A stretch of DNA of 64,000 nt from Camelus ferus (taxonomy: Eukaryota), in contig NC_045696.1 of NCBI RefSeq assembly GCF_009834535.1, positions 21,206,001 through 21,270,000 of the forward strand, given 5' to 3'. Numbering within the stretch: position 1 is the first letter of the stretch; each line of letters begins with the position of its first letter. Positions 39,888-52,830 of this stretch are shown piece after piece. The position numbers were made by a program, and so were the translations under genes. A model generated the notes under the pieces. That model was not told the origin of the DNA, searched no databases, and saw nothing but the letters and a program-made list of their open reading frames with translations.

Positions 39888-39924
<37 letters not shown>

Positions 39925-40200
39925 TATCTACCTGATTCAATTCTTGGCTTCTCGAGTTCTCTGCTCAAATGACATTTTATCAGTGATGCTTTCTGATGAC
40001 ACTTTATAAAATAATCTTATATCCCAGTTACTCTTTCTGAGTCTTAATATGCTGTATTTTCTTTTTATATTTTGAAAACGTATTTTCTGTAATTCCACTA
40101 GGATATAATCTTGAGAATGGAGAATCTGGTTTTTTATTGCCATAACCAAAGTAATTAAGAAAAATAGCAGTCACATACTTGGTAGTTTATAATGATAAAT
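39050..40200 (+). mobile_element. L2 3' region
   Basis: ctacttggatatataataaacatctca...ttaatggaaacttcatc...ggatgattgcagtagcctcct...catcactcctccgttcaaaa. Confidence 0.78.
39890..39921. repeat. Poly(T)32 tract inside L2
   Basis: Uninterrupted T run seen directly. Confidence 0.95.
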
Positions 40201-40664
40201 AAAGTTTCCACACACCATGTGAACTATATATCTGTGATATCTGTTTACCTAATTGCTTGACTCCTGTTTGTCATTAAATCTGCTTAAAATCCCTAGCCTT
40301 CATGGAAGGAAATGGGAAGGAAACATGCTGGATACTTTTGATCATTAATGTTCTCTTTCTATTGTTTCTTCTTATTATTTCTCTTTTCCTGAAAATGTTG
40401 CCAATTTCAAGATAAGTTTAAGTTTTTTCTTCCAGTCAACATACTTTGTTGTATGTTCTGCATTGGGTTATCCTTATAAACAAGGATATAACAAGCCATG
40501 GGCTTGATGGAAAATATCTTTCAGCTATGCATAGACATTTCCTGATGCTTTTACACAAGCTGTAATACTCATTCAGTGTGATTATAAGGGCAATAATATC
40601 AATATAATCATTGGAATTTGGCAAGAAATGAACAAGTAATAGAAAAAGTAAAAAATTTTGGCTC

Positions 40665-40880
40665 ATTATTCATTTTCATCATTCATCAAATATTCATCAG
40701 GTCCCCCTGTGTGCCAGACCCTGTGTTGTTGGGTACTAGGAAACAGCATAAGCCAAAAAAAAAGTGTTCCTTGTATGAAACCTAGAGCTTTATAAGGATT
40801 ACAGATATTAGATCAATGCATGTAGAGAAAAAATGTTAACATAGTTATGCAGAAAAATGCAGAGGCTCCAATGGAAATTA
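40665..40880 (-). mobile_element. L2 3' terminus
   Basis: cattcatcaaatattcatcagg...tgtgtgccagaccctgtg. Confidence 0.65.
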
Positions 40881-41673
40881 TCAGTGAAACAGAGTAAATG
40901 CAAAACCTGAGATACTCTCACAAATGTGATAAAGACACAAATAAGTATGTCAAAATCACACACTTGAACTGTATGCTTTAGTACCTGACAAAGCTAGAGA
41001 GATTACAATTGTGCTTCCAAAATAAAATAATTTCTTGCAACTTGTGATCAGGCATCAATGGATCAACCACAACAGTGTTGTAAACTTGCGTAAAATAACT
41101 GTAATAGAAATTTCTATTTTTGTAAGTAATCATAGGAAACACAACTAATACTCAATTATGTTAACATATTTTCCCTCTAGAAAATACACTATGAAAGTAT
41201 TTTGAAAGTTCAGTATCAAGTTGATAGCTTGTCAGGTGCTTTTACACCACACAGAATAAATCTTATCTTTGCCAGACAAGAATAAATGCACTGGTTCTTC
41301 TGTATTTGACTTTTAAGTTTTTGCCAGAAGTGCCACTGCATTCAACTTCTGACTAGAGGAGATAATATAAACTCTCCAAAGAGCTGAGCCTGTCAAAGTA
41401 GATGAAAAAACATCTCTCTCGGATGCTCAAATAATGGATGCTGCATACATAAGTAAAACGCAGGAGAAACTTCAGTTCTTCTCACATTTAAATTAAGTTT
41501 TCTTGTTCAAGCCGATGCTGGATTTCAGCATCTTTACTTAGTCACCCTAGACAGTAAAATGTATTTGGATCTATAAATATTAGAGTTTTCATTGATGTGA
41601 CACTGAATTTCTTTTTACCATAATGAGGCCGATTCTGGTGGAGAAGAAATGAATGAAGTATACTCAGGACTTG

Positions 41674-41687
41674 GTTGCTATGGCAAC
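41674..41687. promoter_or_regulatory. RFX-binding X-box motif
   Basis: GTTGCTATGGCAAC, one mismatch from the palindromic consensus GTTGCCATGGCAAC, in repeat-poor DNA. Function untested. Confidence 0.6.
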
Positions 41688-43814
41688 TTGCAATAGCTTT
41701 TCCTCATGATTAGACATTGAAGTAACCGATTTTTTTCTTCTAGTGCAGGGGAATTTATCCTGATTATTTTAAACTTCTAAACGAATCTACAGTGTTTTCT
41801 TTTTGCATTAAATTTCACTTGCTTTATTCCGGGAGTCTTTGAATTACTATCGGTCACATTTTAAATAAACTTGAAACTCTTTTTGTTAGTCAGTTGTATG
41901 AAATACAGAAATGCTCAGTTGTCATTTAACCCTGAAGTTGTTCTGAAACTACTGTTTTAGAAAAAAGATGAGATAAAAATCTTTGCCTTTAAGGAAGGAG
42001 TTTCTGCTTATTGTATCTAATCAGCATGTGTCTATGTGTGGCTTGCATGTGGATATATATAGTACATGTGACAAGATGCAGTTCTGGAAACATGCACTTT
42101 TACAAAGAATTAAGCTGATATGTCAATAATTTCTCTGAACACCAACATAACAAAACACAAAAACTCTGTTACTAAGGCACTATTACCTGAAAAAATACAG
42201 AGGAGAACTCCCTACACATAAGATAATCTGTACTGTGCTTTTCCATAGATTAATGTAAAATCAGTTAAAGTTTTTCATACAGTTAAAAAAAATCGGTGTT
42301 TAATTTTTGAAATGTGGAACATCAATGGTGAGGACTCTTCGGAACTACAACTTTGATCAAAAAATTTGAAAGTTGTTTTTTTCTCCATAAAAGTTAAGCA
42401 CATCTTACTGCACAAAAAATAAATTCACTTCTCATTTAATATTTCTTCCTTATGTGGTCATCTATCTTCAAATTTATCCTAAAGGACATTCCTCCAAAAA
42501 TTGCTTTGGCTATAATTTTCTGTTTCTGGACATGTTTAAAATAATTTCCTGGCATAAACATTCTTCTAGTTAATGGATTCTTTATTTACTGCCTATTAAT
42601 ATAATACATGTGTATTTGTATCACAATAATGTTAAGTGAATTAACAGTGGAATAAAATAGAAAATCTTGTCCTTATTTTGTTCTTTCTGGCATTTTATAT
42701 TAAATTCTTCATATGAATACTCTTACATGAAAGAAATTAACACAATTATTAAAACTTTCTTGCTTTATTAACTCTATCCTTAACCCTACTCCCAAGAGAT
42801 AAACTCTTTGATTGGTTTCTACAGTCATAGTTGGGCTGAATCTAAAACTCATTTCAGATGTCTTCGAAGTCTGAGAGTTGACACAAACAGCTGTGTAGTG
42901 GACTAAAGAGAATCAAGGATATTCCTGTTCTTTTATCTCAGTGACAAGATTAATCACACAGTCTGAAAACCTGAGCCATTGCCAGTCTCATCCTATCTCA
43001 CACTTCACATCTATCCATGACTAAGCTATCCCTTACTCAAACCCATTCTTCCTTTCTCCATTCCTGCCACCAATGTGAGAGATTGAAAATTCATTTTTTT
43101 CTCTCCTAGGTTATTGCAATAGTCACCTATTTTCTGCATGCTGCTCTGACTTAATTTTATCTTTTATCCAGTCTACTGGATAATCTATCTAAAGGAAATA
43201 TCCTACATGTAGTAACTTCTTTAAAGTATTTTCTCCCCATAATTTACATAATACTTCCCAAACTGTTTTTCGTCCTTCAATATATTAGTGAAAAAGGAAA
43301 AAACAATTATTTGTTCAAATAAGCATAAATGTATTAACATGACCATAATTAAACATTTTTATTTTCCCTTACAAGCTTTCTGGACTTTTTTAATACTTTG
43401 AAATACCTTGGGAATATCCCCAAGAGTAATATGTGAAGTATGAGATATTTTTTTCCCCTCATCTTTGGGCAAGTAATACTTTTCCACCCAATATATATTA
43501 ATATCTCCAGTTCATTCAATGAGAGATTTCTGCATGCCAGAGTTTGGGGGAAATATAATCTACCAAAATACATCTTATCTCCTTAAATTGACCTCTCTGT
43601 ATCTGGACTATTATGTACTACTCCACCTTCATCTTCTCTAACTTCCTACTTTTTGTTCTTGGCCAATTCAAGTTTTATTTTTTAATAAAAGTTTAGTTTT
43701 AAAAAGTTAATTATACACAAAGCTATCTTATTCCTGGAAGCTTTTATTCATTGTGGTAAATTGCAATAAATAAATAAATAGAGAAAGAGGGAGGAAGAGA
43801 CAAAGGAGAGAAGG

Positions 43815-44015
43815 GCCACACACTTCCACCCTTCCCTGAATGTGTGTCATTTTTAATGAGAGTGCAAGCCTTTTGATAAAGAGATAGATCTATTTATTTT
43901 CTCCAAAATCTAGACTGGCATTGTGACTTCCTGTGGCCAGTGCTTTGGCTGATGGAACATATGGAAATAGGATTATATCAATTCTAAGCCTAGATTTGAA
44001 TACATCTTGATTCTA
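43815..44015 (+). mobile_element. MLT1 LTR fragment
   Basis: aagggccacacacttcc...aatctagactggcattgtgacttcctgtggccagt...ttctaagcctag. Confidence 0.55.
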
Positions 44016-44019
44016 CTAT

Positions 44020-44534
44020 TGTTATCAAGTCCAAACTCATACTACTCACTGCACAACAGGCCAATAAATCAAGAGACGAGTTGTTGGGGCAAGGAATAGT
44101 GACTTTATTCAGAAGGCTGGTTCACTGAGAAAACGGTCAACTACTGTCCCAAAGAACCATCTTACCCAAATCAGAATCAAGCTCCTTTATATTAAAAGAG
44201 GATAAAGTGTGGTTAGTTGTTACAAACTTCTTTGTGTCTGAATCCTTTTTTCTTGCAGCTGTCCATGTAGGTTAGGTCATGATGTTCTGTAAACTTCCAA
44301 CAAGATAAATGATATTATCTGTTCTGCAACTTTTTGTCTCTATATGAAGTGGAAAAGTGTTATACCCTTAAAGGTCAGAGCCATGAGAATGGGCTATCCT
44401 GTATATTTTGGACTATAGACAACATTCTTTTACAAAAGGTGCAGACTCAGCATGACTAAGTGCAGGACACAGAGCACAGAATTAGAGCTAAAGGAACAGA
44501 GCTTATGTAGAGTCAGATTTGTTCTTCCTTATCA
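44020..44534 (-). mobile_element. ERV1-class solo LTR (cetartiodactyl MER41-like)
   Basis: tgttatcaagtccaaactc...caggccaataaatcaagagacgag...gactttattcag...gtcccaaagaaccatctt; TG...CA ends; AATAAA on the minus strand. Confidence 0.78.
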
Positions 44535-46419
44535 CGTTATCCCTTTTGAATCCTTGCTAGTAACCTGTAGTCCACCAAAACCAATTTTCTTCAAGACAGA
44601 AACTGTTTTTAACTTTTTATCCCTAAAGTTTCTGGCTCATAATAGGATCTCAATACTGATGAACTAATCTTAATTAAAACGAGAGAGCTATATTTCCTAG
44701 AGTTTTAAAATAATAGGTAAATATGATACAGTCATTTATTTATTTCCTCAGACTCTTTTTTATTAATTCACATTTCCTGCCAGCCAAAGTTCCTAGTGGA
44801 TATGTGTCCCATGAATGTGTTAAATAACACTTAAGTCATAAGGCAAAACTACTTACGGAGTCTCCTCCAAGGAGACCATATACTTTTCTCCCACAACCTC
44901 GCAGAAGATTCTTTCATCTCTATTTCACAGAGGAAAAATAAAGGTCATGAAAGAAGGCATTCTGTGACTTCCTCCCATGAAACTTCCGATTTGATGAACG
45001 TTTGTTAACATCCTCCATTTTCTCTTCTAATACAGTGGAGGAGTCATTCCTCTCTCCTAGTTGGGGTGACTAGTTGAATATTTGGGGTGAGTAGTTGAAT
45101 TCTTTCCATTATCTGCTGCATCTCATTTCTTCTGCCTTCTTTAGGGTCTCCTCTCAGTTATGGTGCTTTTCTTTTATTAATTTTATTCAGCATCAGCCCC
45201 TCCTGCCAAACAATGTGGATTTTCTTGCCTTAATACCATTTATTCAATGGTAACTATATTACTAGTCATTAAACTTCCAATGACTCCATCAAACAAAGGC
45301 TGTTACTGTGCTTTGTTGATGACAGTCATAAATGTAAGTATTATTCAGAGTATGCAGAAAAATTGGAAGGATAGTTTGGTTTCTGGTTATGTTAAATCTA
45401 AACAGCACATTTTCCAGCCATGTCTTTTGACTCATTAGCTTTTGATTACTGCATTGCTAATGTGTATCAATGCTGAGCCACTCAGAAAGGATAGGCAAGA
45501 AGTCCGTTGACAGATTCCATTTGCACAAAGAATATACATCCCTTGCCCAGCCTGCCTTAATATTTACCCAGTAGATTAAGATGTCACCATATCATCTTGT
45601 AGATCAGAAACAAGAAAGGACACCAGTTAGAAGGGCCACTTAGTGTTGCAGAGTATGGCAGGGGTCTCAAAGCCTTCAGAAGAGGTAAGGCCAACCATGT
45701 CTGGAAGAGAGCCTGGCAAACACTGACAAGGTGCCTGCAGCAGGAGTTGGGACGGCCTCTCTGGGTTCCAGTGGCAGATGAGTGAAGACATAAGGGAAAG
45801 GCCTATGGCTACCCCTGCATCCCTCTGGTGCTATAGACCAGAGATAACAATGTAATTGGCACACTAGTGGACCAAAGTCAAATCATGGCTCATACATATG
45901 GATCAAGTGCAGAAAAATAATGAAGAACTACGACTGAAGAACTACGAGTAGTCCAGAATCCTGAGCTTCTGATTCTGACTTGGGTGGGTAATGCCAAATC
46001 ACCATGTCAGTGCCATCCCAGTGATCTCATGTCATGTAATCCCCCAGAATAAATGCCTTGCTGGCCACACTGGTCAGGAGGTGTGAGTCATGCCGCAGGT
46101 CACAGAGCCATAGGACAACCCTGCAGTCATTGAGTCCCAGAGCTCCTTGCGGTATCTAATCAATCATAAATGCATGAGTAGGCTTATGATTGGGAAGAGG
46201 GTCATAGAATATTAGCTCAATTTGGGCCCAAGACATACATGTATCTGGGTCTTGGTCCTGGCTAAGACACCCTGCCCAGGTCCCAGCATGTCCTAGGCAC
46301 TAGATGGAGACAAAAACTGTAAGGAAGACATCTCAAAAGGCAGATGCTCTGAGCAGCAAACCCAGATACTGTTTGGGGTTCATCAGGGCATTTTGGTTGA
46401 AAATTTATGACTTCTTTTT

Positions 46420-47000
46420 ATTCTCAAATTAAAAAAAAAATAAAATAGTTTAATTATTTTCCTCTCTTTTCTTGGTTGTCTTCCTAAAATTCTTATTTGT
46501 TTGATTTGGAGAACTGGAATAATTTTATTTTTTCCTTCTCTCTTCTATTAGCCATCTCAACATTTCACAATTTTTTTGGAAAATTTCAAGGTATCTTCTG
46601 AGAACATTCATTAGAATGTTTTATTTTAGCCAATTTTGTTCACCTTTATTTTTCTGCATATTAAATTCGGAATTCAATGATGTCTATTGTTCTTTCCTAT
46701 GGAATATTTAGATTTCAGCATCCCTTTCCATTCCCTTTATCTACATCCTATTGTAAATGACAATCTAATTATTTTTTCTCAGATGTTATTAGTCATACCT
46801 AGCAAATTTTTAACTTGTTTTTAATATTTTCAGAATGCCTTCTATTCTCTTTTTAGTTATTGATTTTTATTCACCTTTTTCTCAACTGTAAAAAAATTTC
46901 AAGAGGAACATGAATGGAATTTTCACTGAATATCTATGAATGGCTTTTTTTCCATATAGTGGTTATTCTCTTTTTTTTAAATCAATGCCACACTATGTTT
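46420..47000 (-). mobile_element. Old L1/HAL1 fragment (tentative)
   Basis: Strong T-rich skew typical of antisense L1 ORF1-region DNA. Confidence 0.35.
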
Positions 47001-48719
47001 TTTTTAACAGCACTGTAATTTTCTTTTGGTTGAATCACGTCTTCCCCACTAGAGGCTGGCTGGTGGGATATAATTAATTAAGTAATCTGCCCTTTCCTAG
47101 CCAAGGAATGGGTGTGCAACACAAATTAGGCTAGTCAAAATATCATTTCTTATTTTTTTAACCTTTAAATAAAGCATTTTATTGAGTGATAACATACCTA
47201 TAGAAAAGTACACAAATCTTTAGCATACAAATCCATGGATTAACTTGAAATCAACACATTCACGTTATAAATTGATGGAAGGAAAAAAAAAGAAAAGAAG
47301 GAAAAAAACCTAGTTTCACATATTGTTGTGTTTTTTATATAAAATGTATTATTAGTATATTTTTAAAGCTTACTAAATAATTCACTTAAACAATTATTAT
47401 TCTAATTCTCTGAAATCATACATCCAGAGAGAGATCTTTTTTCATTGTAGTGTTTTCTAATGTTTTCAACTGGAATTTCCTTACTGTTTATTATATTATT
47501 ATATAATTATAATACTATGAAATCCTACATTCATTTACATAAGGTTTCCTTTGGATCAGCCTTTGAGATCTTAGGAGGTTGTGAACTGCCCAAAGCAGCC
47601 AATAAATAGCATGGTTGTCATGATCTACTTGCAAAATGACACTACAACTTTTGGAGTGGAGGTATAGAAAAAGCTCATTACCTGGTTTCAAGCTGCAATA
47701 AACCTCTTGATATTTCTTCTGAGACAGTAGGACCAATTCAAGGAAACTTATATTCTGAGAACAAAAATTGCATGCTATTATGGTAGCTCTTCTTGAGAAC
47801 AATCTAATTTATTGGATGTCATCTCCCTAAAGATCTTTGAGGCTACAGATAAGACTCCTCAATCTTGCAACTACCATTTTCTTTCTGTAATCTTTAACCA
47901 TTGCTCCTGGCATTAGCTCATTCTGAAAGCCATCTGCTCTATCTCAGCTAATGCAAATCCCTAACCTTTAGTCCAGAATCCTGACCTAATTCAAAGAGCC
48001 CTTCATGAATCTTAGTGTCATCTCTGTGTTTTGCCTTTCAGCAAACTAGCTAGCTTTTCTGATTATGTACTCACGGAAATAGAATCCTAATTCTAACCAA
48101 CAACAGTTCTTGCAATTAACTTCAGTTGATTAATTTAAAAAATTAAAGTTAGCTAACATATATGTCTTATCATTCTACTCCCCATGTGAACATTATTTTT
48201 CAGTTGGCTACTGTTAGCTAATATCAAAACCTAGAGTTCACTCCTTTATTCATTGCTTTAGAAATATTTTTCCCAGAAAGAAGACATTTTTAGAAAATGT
48301 TTGTCCCTATACACATTTCCTTGTCCCTGCTTCCTGAGAACTTTATCCTATTTACACAGTTATCTTGGAGGTTGATATGCTTCTATTCTGCTTATTTTCT
48401 CAAAACACTCATGTTCAGAGCTATGGTTCTAGATTTAACATTCCTGCATTTGAACTCAAACCCTTGGTTATAAGAGAAGAAACTTGAATTTCATTTGATT
48501 GCACACATACAAATACAGTTAAACTGCTCCTTTGGAGGTTAAATGAGAATACAATTTAGGGCTACCCATGATGAGTGGCAAAGATCTAGGCAGAAATCAC
48601 TATACTCATCATGGGTCTTCTTTACAGTATAAGCTGATATTTGAAAAGTTGAATTTTTGACATTGTCAAAGTCATTAATATTTAATATAATATTTCTTTT
48701 ATCATATTTATCAAAGAAA

Positions 48720-50530
48720 TATCTGTATTTCATTAAAAATTAAAGTTGCCCAATTAACATGTAATGACATCTCCATCCCCTAGACCAAACTTTCTCTTTC
48801 AGTTTAATTCCTAAGAGGAAACGACTTTAAAGATTTTAAGTCTTTCTTCCGGGCTTTGTCTATGCACTTCTAAGTAATATACATATATCCTAATTTCAGT
48901 TTTAGACATTTTATATTGACTTATCTCATTGGAAGAACATTCTGTTCTCTTACATTTTACCCTCACACTCCTACAACCCCTTTACATGGTTAGATGTAAC
49001 ATTTCTTATATTATCATGCAGTATAGTTTATTGTTGGTTTGTTAAATCAACATTATTACTACATTGTTATAAACTCAAAGTAAATATAACTGAACTATGT
49101 GCTGTACTATGATTATATTTATTGTCATAAAGTTTTTGTTTTATTTTCCCTGGAACTAATAATTGTCTATTTTATGTACTTAATGCTTAATTTAATTCAT
49201 TCCTGTCATTGTATTTTTCACAATTCGGTCATCATCATATTCTGCTAGGAATATGAAAAAAGTCAAATGCATCGGTTATTCTATCAGCTTCATTTGCATT
49301 TCTGTTTGGAAACAAATTTCCTGCTTCAGTCTGAGTTTGTCCTCTAAGTCAACTGCAGATAGTCATCTTGGGTATTTCTTAATACCCAATTTCACCTATT
49401 TCTTTCCTGACCTCATGTCTTTCTTTTCCATGGCTCACTATCTCATTCATGTCCCTTGGCTACAAGAAATTTTCCAGTATTAATTCTTTAATTTGTTTCC
49501 TCTCTTCAAGTTCTCTCTTTTATTCTTTTAACTCCTATTATTTGGATGTTGAAATTCCAGGATGGGTAATATAGTCATTTCCCTTATTTTCTCTTTCAGA
49601 AGAATTTCTAATTATCAGAATAGTTTCCTATAGATATCCTCTTCTGTTTTTTCTTCAAATGTTCTCCTGAATATTACATTGCCAGCACTTTTTTTCCAAA
49701 TAACTTTTTATTCCATGCCCCCTCCTTTCATCAAATATCTTTTCTTTTTTTCCTACTGATCTCTTTTAAGAATGTGAACTCTATCTTTTCATAGTTCAGT
49801 GACTCTTCTCTATTTGATGATATCGATATTTTAGGTAATTTTAACTGTAAAGCACTAAAGATCTGATTGAAAACTTTGTGTTCGTATCTCAGGCTTAGCT
49901 ACTGCTGAGCTTTATTTTAAGTGGATAATTTGAGAACCCAGTGGTCCCATGGCAGTAAATGGGTAGGAAGGTAATGTTAGTGTCTCCAGGTCTTTTCTCT
50001 TCTGTGGGTCAATTTCACACACAGGAATCATTCAGTCTTCTGGCTAAGCTCTAAATATGAACTACAAATGTTCAACCATATTTCTGAGAGATTATATGAT
50101 CTTAACACTTACATTACATTTACTATTATGTTCCCTCTTAGGTTTTAGTTGTGGTACCTATTCTCTACCCACAGAGATACTTTTTGACTTTGAGGCTAAA
50201 AAATGTCAGTTTCAATCATAGAGTTTTGAGATGGGAACTTCTCAAAGCTGAGAAAGAAACCAACAGATTTAACTGTATTTTAGCCAACAGGATGCCTGGT
50301 ATCCTCATTTCCTGAGCTCTCCCAGTATATTTTCTTTTTGATTTAACACCATTGCCACTTAAATTTAACTTCCAGCCTCCTCCAGTCTGCTTAATTGTTG
50401 CTTGTTCATCAGTGTTCCAGTTACCAGGATTTTACCGACATTTCTTTTAGACTGTTATCTTTTTTCCTACTCTTTGTCTATCATGAGAAAGATACAGCTC
50501 TCTTTTACTGTTTATTTTAGTCTCCACTTT
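48720..50530 (-). mobile_element. Old L1ME/HAL1 fragment
   Basis: T-rich skew; motifs such as aactcctattatttggatgttgaa. Confidence 0.45.
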
Positions 50531-50869
50531 CTATCATTAAGAAACAAATTCTAAGTTTTTAGAAAGTTTTTCTTTCTACTTATATGTGATTTATATTAAA
50601 GCTTCAAAAGTTTATTTCACATAATATTTCATGATGTTCTGTTTGTTTTATATTGTAGGAGTAATGGCCAGAGACAAAGAAAATAAACTGTGTATGTAAA
50701 GAAGTTTTAAAATGATCTTTTTAAGATATTAGGTGATTTTAAAACATTCAGTGTGAAGATGTGATTGGGCTTTTGTAAATAAAAATCAGATGTAAAAGAG
50801 AGCAGAATCATGTTGACTCTGAGCTAGACATATTGCAGTGATCATAATGGGGTAACAGTGTTGACACTG

Positions 50870-51260
50870 CCATCTCAGACTGAATTCACTAAAGCAGAAT
50901 CTGAGACAAGGATTTTTGTTCAGGTGTCTTACTGATGGAGTGCCGTCTGCAGAAAGGCTGTGAGGGGCAACAGGTTTGGACAAGGAAAGACTGCTAAGCC
51001 ACCATATTGTCTTAGGAGCCCAACAGCACCTCAGAGATAGGCCCACCTGGGATAAGGGACTGATCTTTTCTATCTTCATGCAAACCAGCTTCTACAGGAA
51101 GGTTGGGGATGGGGGTGAGGAGGACTTAGTTTCCTGGACAAGCAAGTCTCATTTGGCCAAGGGAAGTTCTCTTAAGGGAGAAGCTGTGAGTTGGTCTCAG
51201 CCACCTTTCTTGGCGACTGGGAGATGCGGAGTGGGAGAGAATACCAATAGCAACTGTTAA
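50870..51260 (-). mobile_element. LTR16-like ERVL LTR
   Basis: aagcagaatctgagacaaggattt...gagaagctgtgagttg...actgggagatg. Confidence 0.55.
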
Positions 51261-51504
51261 ACTTGCCATGTATGATGTGTGCTACACTTTTTGGGTTTTA
51301 GCATAATTCTATGAGTATCTTGTGACAGTATATTTACTGGGCTAGAATAACTGTGAGTAGATGGATTCCAAGTGTCAGCTCTATAAATATTATTATATAC
51401 ATTCTAGAAACTGTAGAATTACACTTATTTCCCTAGCAAATTTCTAACAAAGCCAAAGCACTAGTAGGAATAAATATAGTAGGCTCTATTATTGCAAAAT
51501 AATG

Positions 51505-51589
51505 AAGGAAAGAGAGAGAGAGAGGAAGAAAGGGGAAAAGGGAAGAAGGAAGGAAAGGAAGGAAGGAAGGGAAAGAAAGTAAAGAAAGA
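51505..51589. repeat. Purine-rich (GA)n/(GGAA)n low-complexity tract
   Basis: About 85 bp almost entirely A/G on the + strand. Confidence 0.9.
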
Positions 51590-52624
51590 CCTCAGAGATT
51601 GTCACTAAAGAAACAAGACAATTAGCATTACTATAGATTCAAATGCATTGATATATTCTGTTCAAGTATATCACCTTTCAATCACATCTATTGATCCTGT
51701 ACTGGGCACAGCAAAGTCCATTCGAATTCAGGCGGCCATCAGTGGAGAAAATATTGTCCATCTTTCTGTTACTTTAGATGGGAAAAAATGATTTAAAAGC
51801 CAGAAACAAGGCAGCTTTGAAAAGTTCTCACAAAGTGTCTGAGGTCTAAATTCTTTTAGCAGCTATCCAGCGTACACTCAGGTAACATGGTCAAGGAAAC
51901 TGTGGAGACCAACTCAAACCACAACCACCTTATTTAATAGTCGATAAAAGCTTTTTGTTTAGGCAGTGCTAAGCTTCTGGTCAGAAAATTTTATATATTT
52001 GATAATGTATTAAGAATGAGAGAAGAGGACTAGAGTATGTATAATTGATACTTTTAGTGGAGTTAGCACATATTTTCTCCAATTTAATTCCAAAGAGTTA
52101 TCATTTTAAATAAGCCATCCATCACCACAACGAATGTGCATTTGCAGAAAGGGAAATGTTAGAATATGCTTTTTCAATTAGATTACATCCTGGTTCCATT
52201 TAAATATATTTAAAGTTTTACTTTGTAAATTAAATATAAGTGCTGATATGTTCTTCTTATAAAATGGAGATCCCTTTCTTCTTCCTTCAAAGGCAAATTG
52301 ATGCATGACTGATCAAAGTTGTTGAGAAGATGGAGAAGTTAATAAGACTAACTGTAGGCACTAAGATCTCCCTTAATTTCTTTCTGACCTAGAAATTACA
52401 AATATCCCTTCCAGTATGCAAAGCTAGTTTCAGTAACTTTACAGAGTATTTGAAAGAACTTATTAAGAAAAATTGGTATTAGAAGTATTACTGAAAATTC
52501 TCCTTCAATATTAAGTTATAGTGATATTAGGAAGAAAATAATATAAATGAATCTTTGAAAGCCATACAAAGCATATTAAATGTATAATGCTAATTAATAA
52601 TCACACATATTATAGTAGTAACTA

Positions 52625-52830
52625 GCATTCATTTAGTGCTTGCTAAACACTCTTATAAACACTTTGGCTGTTTTGTATCTTTTACTCATGAGAAGACACT
52701 GAGTGGGAAGTGCTATTATTATCCTAATATCACAAATGACTAAACTGAGGCACAGAAAAGCTAGTAAATTTTGGAACCATATTAAAATCAAGAGATGTAA
52801 GTATAGATACCATAGCACTAATCATAATGC
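52625..52830 (-). mobile_element. MIR SINE
   Basis: tgctattattatcctaatatcacaaatgactaaactgaggcacaga (antisense MIR core). Confidence 0.75.

Noticed and set aside
47515..47802. 95-aa ORF in non-repetitive DNA
   Set aside because: Non-ATG start, no convincing splice sites, no recognisable protein similarity.
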